NCBI GenBank assembly: GCA_046563655.1
Contig: CM102288.1
Coordinates: forward strand, 1,054,001 to 1,118,000
Length of the DNA stretch: 64,000 nt
Source: Yuukianura sp. NJ FZ-2021
Taxonomy: Eukaryota
Direction: 5' to 3'
The position numbers and the translations under genes were made by a program. Position 1 is the first letter of the stretch, and each line of letters begins with the position of its first letter. Positions 12,473 through 27,400 of the stretch are shown here, in pieces. A model generated the notes under the pieces. It searched no databases and was not told the origin of the DNA. It was given only the letters and a program-made list of their open reading frames with translations.

Positions 12473-15400
12473 TTAGTTGTAGTTGTCCTCGTCGTTCCCA
12501 ATGTCTTCATCTTCCTCCTCCTCATCTTCACACACATGAGATCGACGTTGGAGTGATTTGATCTTCTCTTGCCAGTCGTCTCGCCATTCAATCACCACTG
12601 ACTGCCGACCGGCCATCAGCCCAGGCTGGCCATCCTTGTGCTCGTTGCCCAGCAACAGATAAGTCCTAGGTCAAAGGTTAAAAAAATCACCTATTTTGCT
12701 AAAAATTTAAAATTTTGGGCTAAAAATTAAGAATTTTGAGTTCAAACGTACTTGTTGACTTTGACTTTAGGGCATTTGCAGATCAAATCATCAGTGCGAA
12801 CCCAGAGGAATGCAGATCCACGGCGTAGTCTCGACTCCCGCGACTTTTTGAACACGGCCATAATGGAAACTGTGAACCGAACCCACTCATCCACGGACTC
12901 ACGAGCCACCACGGTGGCAAGCACAGCTAGAACCAATTACCACAAACACAAAACTTCATTAAGTTATTACAAAATGTTTTTCCCAGTACAGGTGAAGCCC
13001 CCCTGAGGCTTCCAACGCTACTTTGGAACAGTAACAGCAAGTCACTTTTCCATTTTCTGCTTACTTCATTAACGAACAGACACAGAGTGAGCGTCATGCT
13101 AAGCAATTTTTAACAAATTTAAACCGAAAAAAAATACACATTTTTATACATGAAAAAAATATTTATAAATAGAAAAGAGAAAGTTTGGAGAAAATTGGCC
13201 CGCAAGGTGCCTATTTTCTTTGTTCTTTTTTCTCTCAGATAACAAAAACCCGGAAAAGTTTTCCTTCTTTTCCGGTTGATTTATGTGTCTTGACATTTAC
13301 AGATTTCCAAAATCCGGAAAAGAATAAAGCGAAGATGGTGGTGGAAGAGACACTTTGCGGGGAGAAAGTAAAAGTGTTCAGTAAATGCATCTGAAATATA
13401 CAGTGAATTAGAGTGAAAGTGCATTGGGAAATGTTCTTTTTGGACAAAGTGGTTCTTTTTTCCATTTGGTAGTTTTCACTTCGTATAAAAGTGACATGGA
13501 AGGTGCTACTTTATGCCTAAAACAAATGTCACGCTAATCCTTGTTCAAGGTGAAACAGAAAGTTTCCAAGTTTTTCCTAAGTTTTGTGGACCGTAGGCCT
13601 CTTGATGGTCTTTTGCCAAGAAAGACAAAAGTAAAATGGGGTTCCAAGCTCAAATTAATGACAAGCCCAAAGCTCTCCAAATGCTTGCGGTGCACAAAAC
13701 CACGGGAATCCAAACAAATGACTTTCATTTCACTGATTTGGAGTCTAAAAACTAAAATATATAGACAGTTTAGTTGCATTCTGCAGACTAAAAACTAACC
13801 TAACTAAAATTCTGTTTTGGGCATTCGAAATTCTAAAATTATTGAGAATTCTGAAAAATTGCACCAATTTTTCAATTTTTGCAAACAACAAAGGTTTCTT
13901 GATAACTAATGTTGAACTCCTAACTGAAATCAGTCTTGAAATTGCAATTTGGCTCCGATTTTTGTCTTTTTTTTTGCTACCGGATTTTTAGAGATGCGTA
14001 AATTTCGATTAGATTTGAATGCTACGACAGTCTAGCTTGTGTTGGAAGTGGGAGAAAGGTAAAAGGTTTAATGAATTTATTATTATAATGATTGTATTAA
14101 TAAATTTATAACGCGTTTTCCCTAATAGTATGGATACGCAAGCACTGTATACTTAACAATTTGTGGAGAGGAAATTAGCAAAGTTTTGGAAATGTTTAAT
14201 TACTTTGACTTTGCTTGGTTTTAGTCCGTACAGAGTGCGAACTCTGCTCTTCCCATTGAATGCAAGTGTGAATGAAGGAGACAGTTACCGCAAAGTAATT
14301 AATTACCTGGAACAATTACATACTTTCTAACTTTAGCTTTCCCTTTTCCAAATTGGAACTAGAAACTGGAAAATGCGTAGAAAGTTCCAGGAATTTGGGT
14401 TCAATTAATTAACGATTCGCCATCTATTAAATTATGCGGAACTAACAACTTAAAAAACGAAAAAGAAGTTTGCTTTCTCTTGCTTTTCTTAAAAACTGCA
14501 GTTTTTGAAAAAAAAGTGGTTTACCGTAGTCACGATTGCAATATCTTCTAAGGTTCAGCTTCTTTGTAGCGACTTTACAAGTTCCACAGTCTTCACCTGT
14601 TGTAAAAAAGCAAAAAAAAAAAAATGGCACGTTTATAATTTATTTTTGTTTCAGTTTACATTTCTCAAAAAAATTCTTGGTTTTCTAAAAATTTGTTACA
14701 TTTTTGAACCTTTACTGAAATTAAACTGGCAAAATGAATGGAGTGGTGAAAATTACAGGAAACTTTTGTTTCCGCAGTGAAAATCTGTTTCTCTAATTAT
14801 TACTTTTGGCCCATAAATTTTTGGTTTCCGTTTCAAAATCCATAATTTAGTGTGAAAGCCTTTTCTTGATCTACATACACTACAAAATAGATTCAGTGTA
14901 GGAGGACATAATGTTCTCAACAAGAAAACAAGGAAGACCTTACCCAAAATCCATAAAACACTAAAACTTTTTTTAAATTTCCTGTCTGTTCAAGTCATCA
15001 TCTTAGTCAGTGGTTAGGTTCAATGTAAAACCTACATTTTAGCTTCGTTTTTAGAAACTGAAGTTTAAAATGTTGAAACTTACTTGGGTCCTCAGTCTCT
15101 CCTCCACCATTTCTTCCGGTGACAGATTCAATTGCTTCTGGTTCTGGAATCTTAGGGATCTCTGTAAAACAAACAAACCTTGTTAGAAACATCGTAGTTC
15201 CTCCACCGGTGGGTTCAACTTCAAATGGATCTTGGAGAAAGACATAAGCTATGTATATGATGAGAAAAGCTGCTCAGGGTGAAAGCAAAACTTTGGATGA
15301 TGGAGGGAGTAACTATTTTCTCCCTCCACTGTGGCACAAAACTTATTTCAGCTCTAGAAACTTTTCCGTCCAGAAGCACAAACTCTCAGCAAAAATGTTT

Positions 15401-18400
15401 CTGGAAATTAAAAATTAATACGCAACTCACATCTTCAAAGACTTTTTTTGTCGAAATGAAAGTAACTACGCGCGTACTACTCTGGGCGCTTGGGGGCAGC
15501 GTACATGTCAAAATTGGCAGCGAACAGCACGACAAAGATGGAATACAAAATACGATCCATTTTTGAAAAAAAAAACTAAAAGCTAAGCATTTTCAGGATA
15601 TCAGAAAAAATTCGGGCTAAAACAGAAGACATTTTTATGAAAAAATTGCGAAATTCATAAAAATTTCTTTTTTTCATTTTGTTTTCAAAATTTAAAACAA
15701 GTCACTTACTAACACACGGTGCAATTGGAGAACGACTCTGCTGGTATCCTTTGGAGCATCTGTTGCAACTAAAGTTCATAAATTTAGAAAGTTGTTAATT
15801 ACTCCAACAAAGTTTTAATACTGAATGTTAGGCTATGAATTTTAAAAAGTGTCTAAAAGTGCTAACCTTTGACCTACAACTCCGTCTTTGCAAGGACATT
15901 GACCCGTCGTCTGATTACAAGTTCTTCCGGAAGCTCCAACTGGGTGACACTCACAGGCTATGAGGTTCACAAAGTAAACAGAAGAAAATTAACTTTTGAG
16001 CAAGAATGTTTCCGAAACTTTGTTCTTATTTTAACACAGAGGAGAAAGCCACCAAGGAGAAAGTCTTCTCTTGATTGGATTTGTTTCCAAAAAGCTATTC
16101 TAAGTTCTCAAAAAAAGTTTGTGAGTTTAACCTTTGCAAATTTTCCGATGAGAAATTGGTTTTGTAGAGTCCGTGTAGAAGCCTTCTTTGCAGTAGTGAC
16201 AGAATCGACCGGCCGTGTTGTGGCGACATCGGAGACAAACTCCACCAGAAACTCGACCAGACAACTTGAACAGTTCCATGTTGAACCGACATCTTCTCGA
16301 GTGCGAATGACATTGACAAGCTACCAAAAACAACAACAACAAACATTTTCTAAACAATTTTGATTTTCAAAAAAAAATTCTTTAAAAATTAATGAAACTT
16401 GAAAATTCTTCAAAATTGAAGTAAGGCTGAAATACACCATTGTTCCAAAATCGCAAAAAACAACAAAAAATTAAAAAACGGCTGATTTTGTTTTGTTTTT
16501 AAAATACCGCGGCGACCGTGTGGTCTCAATGCAGGTTCTGCTTTTTAGTTGAGTTGAAGGATTACCTAAGATGCTTTGAGTGTTCTCACCTCAAGTAGTG
16601 ACAAGCAACTAAGGTAGAAGGGAGCTTACGACAACATTTGTCCTTAAAAACGATTCAGTTTAATCCATTGTTTGTCTTTTTAAAAAACTGAAAAAGAAGC
16701 CTCCCAGTATCCACTTCCTCACGTCTCAGTAACTTGTCATGTCACTTCGTACACAATTTTTCAACCCCTTCAACTTATGTTGTTTTGAACCTTCAAGACC
16801 CTCAACAACTTTATTTTCATAATCAAAAGCTCTTTTTTTAGTTTTCAGAAAAACAAAACTGTACAACGCTACTTTTGGATTCAAAATGGTTTCATTATTT
16901 TGAAATTTTCTTTTTTGCTCTAAAAAGTTCAAAAATTGGGGACATAATAGTCAAATTCAGATTTGTGGGTACAATGGGGGTAGTTGTACTTTACTCCAAC
17001 TTTTCTTCCGTTTGGTTCAAAATTGAATTTTCTTTGACATTCAATTTCAATTTGGAAAAGAAATCATATTTTGTGGCCATTTGAGCTGAACTGGGAGAAA
17101 GTGATTTTGAAGGTAACTTTTTTGGTTGGAGAAGTAAATGTTATGGTGGTGCCCACTTTATCAGATTTGCCACTCCATTGACTTTGGATCAAATACTACT
17201 TTCTCTTTTCCGATTTTCCCTTCCCCTCCAAGTACAAATTACTTCAACTTAAAGTAACTTCTCTTGCTACTATTTCCAAAAAAAAGTCTCAAGTTTTTTT
17301 TCCTTTCCAGAAAAGAATGTGAAACTTTTTGACAGTTTAGGTTTCAAGCCTTAAGAAAATTGGGCTCAAGAGTTTCTCTTGGTAAATTTTGCATTGAGGA
17401 TCAGATAAACTGAAAAAACGAACAAAAAAGTCTTTCCCGCATTCCATATCAGCCAAACCCAGACAATTTTCAGGCTCCTCATCCGAAAAAAAGGCACATT
17501 ATTCAAACAGTCACGCTTTTGGTTCGGTTAAGAGATGAAAATAGACAATGTTTCGGAATTGTACTTTTTAGCTTCACTTTTTCAGTATTAAACTTTATAT
17601 GGTTCGGGATCTCCTAGCCTCTAAAAGCTACAATTCCATTTTTATATTCAGAAAAAGTGAAAGTGAAGTTCCAAAAAAGAGAAAGTAATGTAATCAGACA
17701 GGCCAAGCCAATTCAATTCTACTTTCGTTTTATAGACAGGAAGGATCTGCAGAATGGAAATTGGAAAAACTGAGAAAAACCAAATGGAGCAACGCATAGT
17801 CTCGTTTTCATTTTGTATTTCGAAATTTTGTATCCAACAAAAAAGAGAAAGTAAAAAACTATAGGAAACATTTATTTATACTTATGGAGAACACGTACTA
17901 GGCTTTCCCGCCATTCCTGCTTAAACTAAAAAAAAGTTTGAAGAAAGTGAAAGTTGGCGGGTGAAAGTGGTGGAGCGAGCGGCGGTTCCAAAATTTAAAC
18001 TGTGCCGAGATGAATTTTGAATTGAAATTGGATTTTGAGACGGAAAGGCAAAATATAAAACGCATTAGGGAAATAGGATTTCTGGAAATAAGCTTTCACT
18101 CGGCGATGCTTTCTCCGTTTTTCCCGCCAAAACTTTAAGTTTTTCGTCTCCCACTCAATCTAGCTCCAATTGAGCTCTTGCTCTGGATGACTAAGTCACT
18201 TAACCTCTTCGGTTTACCAACCAACCCACCCTCACTTGAATCAAAATGAACCACACTTTCTCTTTTTTGAAAAAAAAAACAGTTTGAAAAAAAACAACGT
18301 AAAAATTAACTGTTGTTAAAAATTCAAAGTCAAAAACATTTTCACAAATTTTCTTTTGAATTGTAAAGATAGAATTTTCCAGATTTCCCTACGACTAGAT

Positions 18401-21400
18401 GGCGATTACATTAGGTTATCGGGAAATTATATCTCAGGGTTCATTTTTTGAATTTTGAATTTGTTTTTCGAGAAATTTCTCAAATTTCAAAATTTCAGCA
18501 GATTTGGCGCTTGGAAAGAATGAGAGTTGTATAAACGTGTGTTGTGCTGAAGAGTTAATACGAATTTAATTTATAGTCTCTAAAACCCCTGTTTTTGTTT
18601 TGTATTAAATTTTAGTAGCCAGAAAAATGTTGACTCTAGACAACAACTTTGCTTTTTTGAAAAATGTCCAAAGGCAATTCAACTTTTTCTTTTTTTTCCT
18701 TTTTGAAATGTTATGTTCCAAAAATTCCAAATAAGAAACTGTGTGCTCTGCATCTAATGATACACCTCTCCTCATTATTTATGTTTTTGTAGCCAGAAGC
18801 TAGAATGAAAAGTAAAAAGTTAAAAATTGGGTTCGAATTAAATCCGAAAAAGTGTTGGTGGGGCAGAAGGCTTAACTCTTTTTAGTATGTTAGGTTAAAC
18901 TTGATTGACCTTAACACAAGAGAAAACAAAACAAAAGTGGAAGTGATTTTAGTCATTACGTGACCTTTGACTGTGGCTGAAGGCTGAGTCACACAAACTT
19001 GCAACTCACTTGACATGTTCAGTGTACTTACAAGTAAACAAGAAAAGAGTGGTCTTTTGGCCCAAAGTGGGCACTCATAAATTCAGATTAAAAGTTGACA
19101 CATTTGTCCATTCTCACTTTCAAAATGGTTTCAAAAATTCCCTTGAGCACAAATGGGAAAATCCAATCTGGAATTGTACAGCAGACGCCCTTCTCCTCAA
19201 CAGTTTTCGTAATTGCAACTTCTTTTGTACTCAAAATTCCAAAAAGATCAAGAAATTTATCAAGTTAATCAAAATAGGCTAATAATAATTTATACCATTC
19301 ACACATTTAACAAAAGAAAGTTGTCCATCAACTTAATTTCTGCCTTGTTCCATTCTCCCCAAAAATTTTACTTAAATTAATCGTCAATTTCCCAAATTTA
19401 GCAAAAATTGAACAAAAAATTTAACAAAAAGTTAACAATGCTTTCACTCTGATTCGTTCCAGGACCAAAAATTGAGAAAACGTATTTTGTGCTATTTCAA
19501 GCATTACCGCGCCTGTGCCATGAGTAATGCTTAGTGCGACTGACATTCAATATGATCTTCGGTTTCAGATTGCACGATGGATAAGATGATGCGATCATTT
19601 TTTGGATCGTGCCGTTGCATATTGTTGCATAAATTTGAAACTTAGCAGCTAGCATCAGTCCCCCACGTCAGAGAATTGGATATCTTAAGTACTTTGGCGG
19701 GCATACGAAGACGTGTCCAAATTTGGACATCAAGGGATATACACATCCCATCTTCTCCGTATTACAATTTAGTTCCTTCCAGTTTTCAAAATTGTATTGT
19801 GCTCCAAGGTGCGGCGGCGGATGGAGAAAAAGCAAGGCGGGTGAGAGGATTTTTGATCCCTTTGAAAAGAATAGGAATTCTTTTTAGACGCTCTCAGAAG
19901 ATGATCTTTGGAAAAAGCTGCTTTTTGGATCTCATCTCATATTTATCCTCATCCGTCATGCACAGAACCATTTACTATACAACTCCCGCCATCTCCAATT
20001 GAGCCTCCCTCTCGTCATGGATATTACTATTGACTATTTCGACCAAACTCCAAACTTAGGAATTCTCATAAGAGATCTTTGAGATATTGGACACTCACCT
20101 TAGTCTGACATGATTGAGCATCATTAGCCCCCTCCTCAACTCCCAAATTGAAAAAGACAAGAACACTTTTACAAATCTTCAAAAGCTAAAGATCAAATTT
20201 TAATTTGGAATTCGTTTTTGATTGTGCAGAAAAGCTAAAAAGTAAGCTCAACATCTTCCGAAGTGCTACCTGATGAATACGAAATGACTTTTTGGCGGAA
20301 ACGGAAGTGGATCAGGTTCGTGTCGAAAAAAAGTAAGTTGCCTGATATGAATTTTCTATAAAAAGAGCGGGATTTCTTGAAAGTGAAAGTAAAAACCTTG
20401 AAAGTGAAAGTAAAAGCGAAAGAGAAAGTGAGCGTCTGGATCTTTTGCGTCACTGTGGATCTTTTGAAGCTCCAAAAGTGCGTCCGTGTCTCTGTGAGTT
20501 GTTCTCCATATATCAAAGGGATTATGCTGTTGGGGGATCAGTTACAGATTTCCAAAATTCATGACAAAGTGATATTAGTCAAAGGGAGACCCCATATAGT
20601 AGTTATTGGATCCAATAGAACCGGGATCAGAGTATCGGTGAAGGCAAGGTTTATTTCACTGTCGTTCCCGCCGTTTCCAGCACCCTAACTTTTGAAAATT
20701 CTAGAAAGAGAGAGAAAGGCGCAGAAAGTGAAGCTAATGTTTCCTCCACTTTGGCTCTTGCTTATGCCTAAGCGTACGGAGGGGGAGAGAAAGCGCTTTG
20801 AAGGGAGCTTCCAGCGTCAGCATCAGTCTTTCATCCTAATCCCCTCAAAGACTTCCGCATCTTCCTTCCATAAGGTTAACCTAACAGTTAGGTTGAAACC
20901 ATATGTGGAAATGGTTAGGTTATAGCTAAGGGAGGCAATCAAAAAGAGTCCATTTAGGATTTCAAATTTTTCCGTAGCATTGGATCCAAATAACCAAAAA
21001 CCAAAAAATACAATCCCCCCGACGTAGTTACAAGTAATCCTGAAGGCATAGAACATTGGAAGGGGGATGGAAGATTGAGGGGGCAGAAGAGAATGAAGTT
21101 ATTGGACTCTATAAATCACCCTAAAGCATCCAATACTCCTCAAATATTTGTCAATTGAACTCGTTTTTGAAATTCTTTTTTGAAACTACAAAAACCTAAC
21201 CTTAATCCACCGAATGAACCTTGCTTTCCTACCAAATCCTTGGCAATTTCAAAAAGTTCAACAAAAATCATACATGAATCACGACTTTTTGTTCTGTGCA
21301 GCTCCAGACAACGCGTGGGTGACGATGTCTGCATTAATAAAAATTTCGAAACAAAATTTCATTTTCAAGCTTTCAAAAAAAATCAGCTTTTTGCAAAAAT

Positions 21401-24400
21401 TACTTTCTCCTGACACAATTTCGGAATTAACCAAACAAGGTATAAGTGTAAGGTGAAAATGGAAATTGAGAAATTTGAAAATTATGGGGGCGGAGTACTA
21501 AAAAAAAGTTTTCAAAACTGTCTCTTTCGTCAAACTTCTTGAAGGAAACGGCTAATCCAGGAGAATCATAAAACAAACTTTCTCCGGTTCTAAAAAAAAG
21601 TTTGGTTAGACAGGTTTTCTAAGACACTAATTTTGTGGAAAGCTAATTAAACTTTTGAAAGACAGAATCTAAAAAAGACATGTTCAAAATGTCATGTCAG
21701 TTGCTCGTTGAACTAGAATACTAAAAAAGTAGGCAATATCCATCATGTTTTGGGGAGGGATCAAGAGCATTGGGTGACAGATGGGATGAGGTTCTTGTTT
21801 GAACAGAATATTTGAAACTATTTGAACAAAACATTTGAAGTTGCAGAAAAAGTTTGACAGAAAGAGAAGGCTCACGTGCTGGAGCGTCGTGGTGAATACA
21901 AAACAAAAATGGCTCTTGAATTTCAAAAAATCACTTAAAAATATGAAATCAAAAGACGCGTTTCGATTGATAAAAAACAAAAAAGGTTTTTTTTTTATTT
22001 AAAAGAAAGGTCAAATTTATGTTCTCAAAAATTAAATTCTGGAACTTCATTAATTAACTGAAATTTAAGTTAATCAAGAACCAAAATTAACTTGAATTAT
22101 TTTGACCTTGTGAACTTCGTGATTCAAACTTGTTTTCACTCGAACTGTCCGTCACACCAAAAATCTTCAAAAACTTTATCTTACCAGTTTGTTCCAGTTG
22201 TGGCTTTAGATAATATTTATTTGTCACTGGTCAAAAACAATTAAAATTTTAATTTTTTTTTTCCAAATTTTGAAAAAATTATGCTCATTGAAATTCGAAA
22301 TATATCAAAATATTTTTAAACACTGCTTGATCGCCATCCCACTTTGTTAAGAAATTTAAAAAAACTAACTTGAAATAACAAAAAGTGCGACAGTTTGCTT
22401 TTTGTGTGATTTTGGAGCCTGAAAATTTTGGAGTAAAGAACCAAAAAGCAATATTTTTTTTTCAAATTTTTACTGGAACTTGTTTGTCCACAATTTGTAA
22501 AATTCAAAGCATTTAAGACTTAACTTTCCACTTTGACTCCCGAGGGACCCTGATGACATTTCCTACTAAATTAGTTTTCCTGTTCCTTGTTTTATAAAGC
22601 AACAAAGTACGCTTAGATTCTAAACACGCACAGTTTAAAGTTTCTACTGTTCAAATAGAAAAAAATCAACCTTGTCATCACCGTAAAATTGTTCCAAGCC
22701 AAAAAAGATTTTCTTTTCTGACAGTCCCCTCTTGTGCTTTTCCTCTCAAATGTTGCATCTTCTTTTAAAAAAAGTTTCAAAAAAACCGAATGTTTTGCAT
22801 ATAAGACAGGTTTGGTTTTAGACTTAACGTCTCCAGTGTCTTTCTATTTTTCAAGAACTTCAAAAAAATGTTTATGCTCAAGTCAGTCTATGGGAATTGT
22901 GGAGTTCCGAAGCTAAGCCTTTCTTTGAAAATAGAAAAGTGAATCTTCATGAACTGCCGAAAGAGTTTGTTTTAAAAAGGAAAAAATGGAACATTTCTTT
23001 TAGTGAAATTTTTATGGGAAATGGATGAACATTAAGTTGTGAAGATGACAGGTGGAAAAGCACAAGGTTGACCTGAGAAGACATCCTAAGAGTAACTTAA
23101 AATATTCACAAACTTCCAGAAAAAAAGAATCTTGGAAAAAAAATTCTTAGACTTTTAGTTTTCTAAAAACTGCTTTTTAAATTTTGAAAAGTGGAGAGAT
23201 AAAGAGAAATTTAAGGTTGAAGCAGAACATACCTTTGCATTCAGATGCATCTCGAGATGTGGCTCTTCCCCATGGTCTGTCCAAGTAAAATGGTTTGCAT
23301 CTCTCGCAGTCCTAAAAAAGAAATCAGCCGATGAAAATTTTTTTGACGAAATTCACAAATTCTGGTCTAATTTCAGTAGTTTTTCAGTTGTTGCGCAGTC
23401 ATGATCATTTATCATTTCTGACTTGGAAATACTAAAAAAAAAGAAAAAAAAAACAGAAAAGAACTTCTTTTTGACAAAAACTAAAATTTGAAATGCTGAC
23501 AAAAAAATTATGGAATTGCAGGTCACTTGTTTGCACTAATTTGCAATGTGTTTTGGATTCAAAATATTCAGAAAACTGGTTTTAAAAGCTAAACAAAAAG
23601 CTGAACTTTGTTGGTTTTGTTGCTCAAACTTTGAAAAATTTGTCTTCTTCAGACTAATTTTTTGTTTCTAAATTTTAAATCTGAGAGAATAATGATTTCT
23701 GATTAGTCTCCTGCTGTTGAGGTCAACCAGAAAAATTTCTTAGGTCACAGAACAATGTTAGCTGAAAAATGAATCTACCCAGGCAGGACAAGATCAAGTT
23801 CACAGTTTAACAAACTGTGAGGCAAAAACTGTATTCTACCTAGACATTGCATGAGCAAATAAAAGTTATGGCACCGTAGTTTCAGAAATGTTGCTTACCC
23901 TGCCAGCCGTGTTGTGTCGACAGTCACAGACGATGTCACCCTCCCTGTCACGACATAAGGAAAGAGTTTAATTAACCAAATGCCAAATGCTTTAGGTTAT
24001 GGGGGACAATACACCGATCAATCACTCCCGAGTGCCCTCCCTCATCTTCCGTTGAGTCAACACTGTACAGGACTACGGATGATGTCCCCAGTCCAAAAAC
24101 ATAAATCAAAGAAACAGTGGTCACCGAGTCTCTTGTGTACTCAACGGATGTATGCACACTTTTCATGTTCTTGTTCTGTTTGAACAACATCAAAAAACTG
24201 TTACTTACTTGTCAGAGATGCATCTAGAAGCATGGCCATTGCACTTGCAGCGACCACCCACTGCAAAGTCAGCGACAGAGTAGAACGTTTGAAGGTGCGG
24301 AGACGAGAAGCGATGAAGCGGAGGAGCAGCGTTGAGGCCAATGATGGTCCCAGGAACTGTCATTCCGAGTCCATTCAGTTCCTCATCTTCAGATGCCTAG

Positions 24401-27400
24401 AAAACCATAAAAAATCATGAAAAAGAATCAAAAGTTTCTGTTTTTTAAACTTTTCATTCTCATTTTTCCAAAATTTTAAATACATCCCTCTAAACCCCAT
24501 TACTTTCTCTTATGAAAGTTTGTTAAGAGGATAATAATCATTTGTTTAAAAAAAGAGAGAAGAAAAAGCGCTTTTGTGAGCGCTTTGATTTTTTTAAAAA
24601 CAGAAACAGGCTTGTGTAGGATTTGGTATTTTAAAACAAAAATGAGCTTCAAGTACCGCATGTTCCAAAACTTCTTTTAAATTTTTTCAACTTGAATAGA
24701 AATTTTTAGGATTAAGAATCCGTTGAAGAGTATTTCAGTTGAACATGTTGAGGACTAATGAATACGAGAAAGCAGGAGAAAGGGCTTGAAGCGTGGTTGA
24801 CGCTAAGACTGTTTTTTTTGTTCTAAAAATAATTAATTACGTACACACTTCAATTCTTGAAGTTTTTGGCAGTTTTTGAAAAGAGCAAATAAAAAATAAT
24901 CGAGAGCTAGTCAACACGCTCTCAATTTTTTCTATTTTTTGAATTTGTGCCAAAGTGGCTGTTCAAAGAGGCAGAAAACTGTCAAGTTTCTAACAATTTA
25001 TTTTCATATTCTATACTTTCACTCTTGAGATCAACTCTTTAAGTGATCACATTTTTTTTTAAATCGAGTACAACTCTTAAAATGAAAAATAGCACAAATG
25101 CACACTTCACTTGAGTATTACAGATTTGGTATTTTGAATTTTAAAAATACTTTTCATTTTTCAAAATTCTTGTCTAAACGACATTTTCCTAGAAATTCTT
25201 CGAAATTCGCCACAAATCTTTAGAGAAATGTCAATTCTTACCTGATAGGCGTTTCTATACTGCGAAGTCTCCACTAATCCATCTTGGGAAGTCATCATAA
25301 CAGAGTTGTTTGTGGTTTCATTTTGAGTCAAGTGACTTGACCCCGGGGGGAGCAAAAGTTGACCTTGACCTTGACCTTGACTTGAGGTCAAAACAGCCAC
25401 TTCTTGAGCCAAACTTGCAATGTCCGTTTCCGGCTTGAGAAGTCGATTGAAAATTATTCGAACATCGGTGGCTGTCACCCAGTCCTGAAATTTCAGATTA
25501 GTAATAAGTAATTCAACACTAATTAGCACATTTGCCAAAAATATTTACTTCCTATTCCTGTATACAGGATTATAATATTAACAAAACCAATAATTCAGGT
25601 CTTTTTGTTGCTAAATATCTATGTATTTGCCTATGCCCTTAACGTTAAAGCAAGTAAATATTTGGGCCATTTTTAACAAACACGTTTTTTATCAATATTT
25701 CGTTTATCTTTTAGTACATATTTTTGACAGCCCTGCTAATTAGTAACTAGTAACTTTTGTGTTTTGAGTTGACCCCTGACCTAGGCTAATGCTTTTAAGC
25801 CGGAAGTGGGCGTGGCTTACCTGGAGAATAGGGCTATTGTCAAAGTCAATGGCACTGGGCCGTCCTTCAAGCGTGCTAAAAGCGATTCGGTTTCCCATTC
25901 CAGATTCAGCTCCGAGATGAGCATCAGTGCACAGTGCCTCTTGTTCGTTGGCTCTCGTTATGGAGGCTCTGGAAAACAATACAAAAACAACAGGAAAACA
26001 ATGTCATTGTTTAGATAAACATCTTTACAAGCTCATGCTAACTCAAAGCATCATTTTCAAAAAACGAAATCAAAATTAGTAGGTTGTGCTACTATTAAAC
26101 AAGGATTTTGTGGTTTTCAAAATCAAGATAACATAGAATTCCAAACTGAATCCAGTTCAGGATCCATTTTTCAAAGTTAAAAAGTCAAATTTCGGTTTTC
26201 CTCAGCACTTTTGTAGCGTGAAATGCTTAATTTGTGTCTTTCATTACCTTATTTAAACCTACAATTACAGAATAGTACACGTAGGTGTCAATTAGATTTC
26301 AACTTTTTTCGTAATTACACTCTAACTTCATTTTTTATTTAAAAAAAATGAGAAGGTGCAGGATTCTGTTGATGTAGTTTTGAAAAATATTTCCCGAGGT
26401 ACACAAGTATCGAGCGTCAAATTGAAAAGTCAAATTTTGAAAATTTTGAAAATGTTTTCTTTCAGAATGTCTTAACTGGAGAAACAGCAGGCAGAAAACG
26501 AAGTCCATTGTATTCTAATTCTTATAATTGATTCCAGGAGCAGTGTTGGACATTTGAACAAATCATGTTCATACGGATCAGCACTGCCCATTGTCATGCA
26601 AAGGAAGTCTTCAGATCTAAATGTTCATTTTTGAAAAGTTCTTATCCTGCTGCCATGTACTTAAAGGAAGGAATGGTTCATCTGATGACTTTCAAAATGG
26701 CATGCAAAAACTATTTAGAAAAAGTACACCGTTTGTGAAATGCCCTGCCAGGAGCGATTGACGCTTTACTTTCAACTTCAAGTTGAACGTGAGGTTTCAA
26801 TAGAAAGTGTCGGACTTTGAGCGTGATAAGAACATTAATTTCCGTTTTGAGCTTAAAACTCTCCGTGCAAACTGCCGACAATTTCAAACCCAACTTTCAC
26901 TTCCATCCGTCCATTTCAAATTCCCGGTTTTCGGGGAATCCTATCTGGATTAACGTGGAATTCAAGTTTTTGGAAAAAAAATGGTCAAAAATTTGAATTT
27001 TTGTCGAATCCAACTTGTTTTCAAATTTCTATTTATGAAAATACCGAAAAACCAAACCATTATTGCTGCTAAAAAGAAAAACGCGAAATAATTTGACTTT
27101 GCATTTAAAACTGGAAACATTTCATAGAAACTAGCCAAAATTGACTGATAATTTTTCAAGCTAAAAACTGTATTTTAGTCTGGCAAAAAGCAGTAAAAGC
27201 ACAACCATGCATAGTGAAGAAAGAAATTTCCATTTTCAGTAAACTTTTTAAAATTCAAAAAAGTTTTTTTTCAAAAACAAATTTTTGTAACTTTTTCATG
27301 TTTTCCCTCACCTGTTAGGTTTCCCATAGACTTTCTTGCACTGTGAAGAGTAAAACTGAAAAGGTTGCCAGGATCTTCCAAAATCCATAGACTTCCAAAT

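Noticed and set aside
20000..21140. Possible decayed transposon in the netrin intron (compositionally distinct stretch)
   Set aside because: No convincing TIR, TSD or protein motif could be identified by eye.
16400..23200. Many 60-110-aa ORFs within the large netrin intron
   Set aside because: They are Phe/Lys/Leu-rich translations of AT-rich DNA, often with non-ATG starts, and show no domains or splice support.
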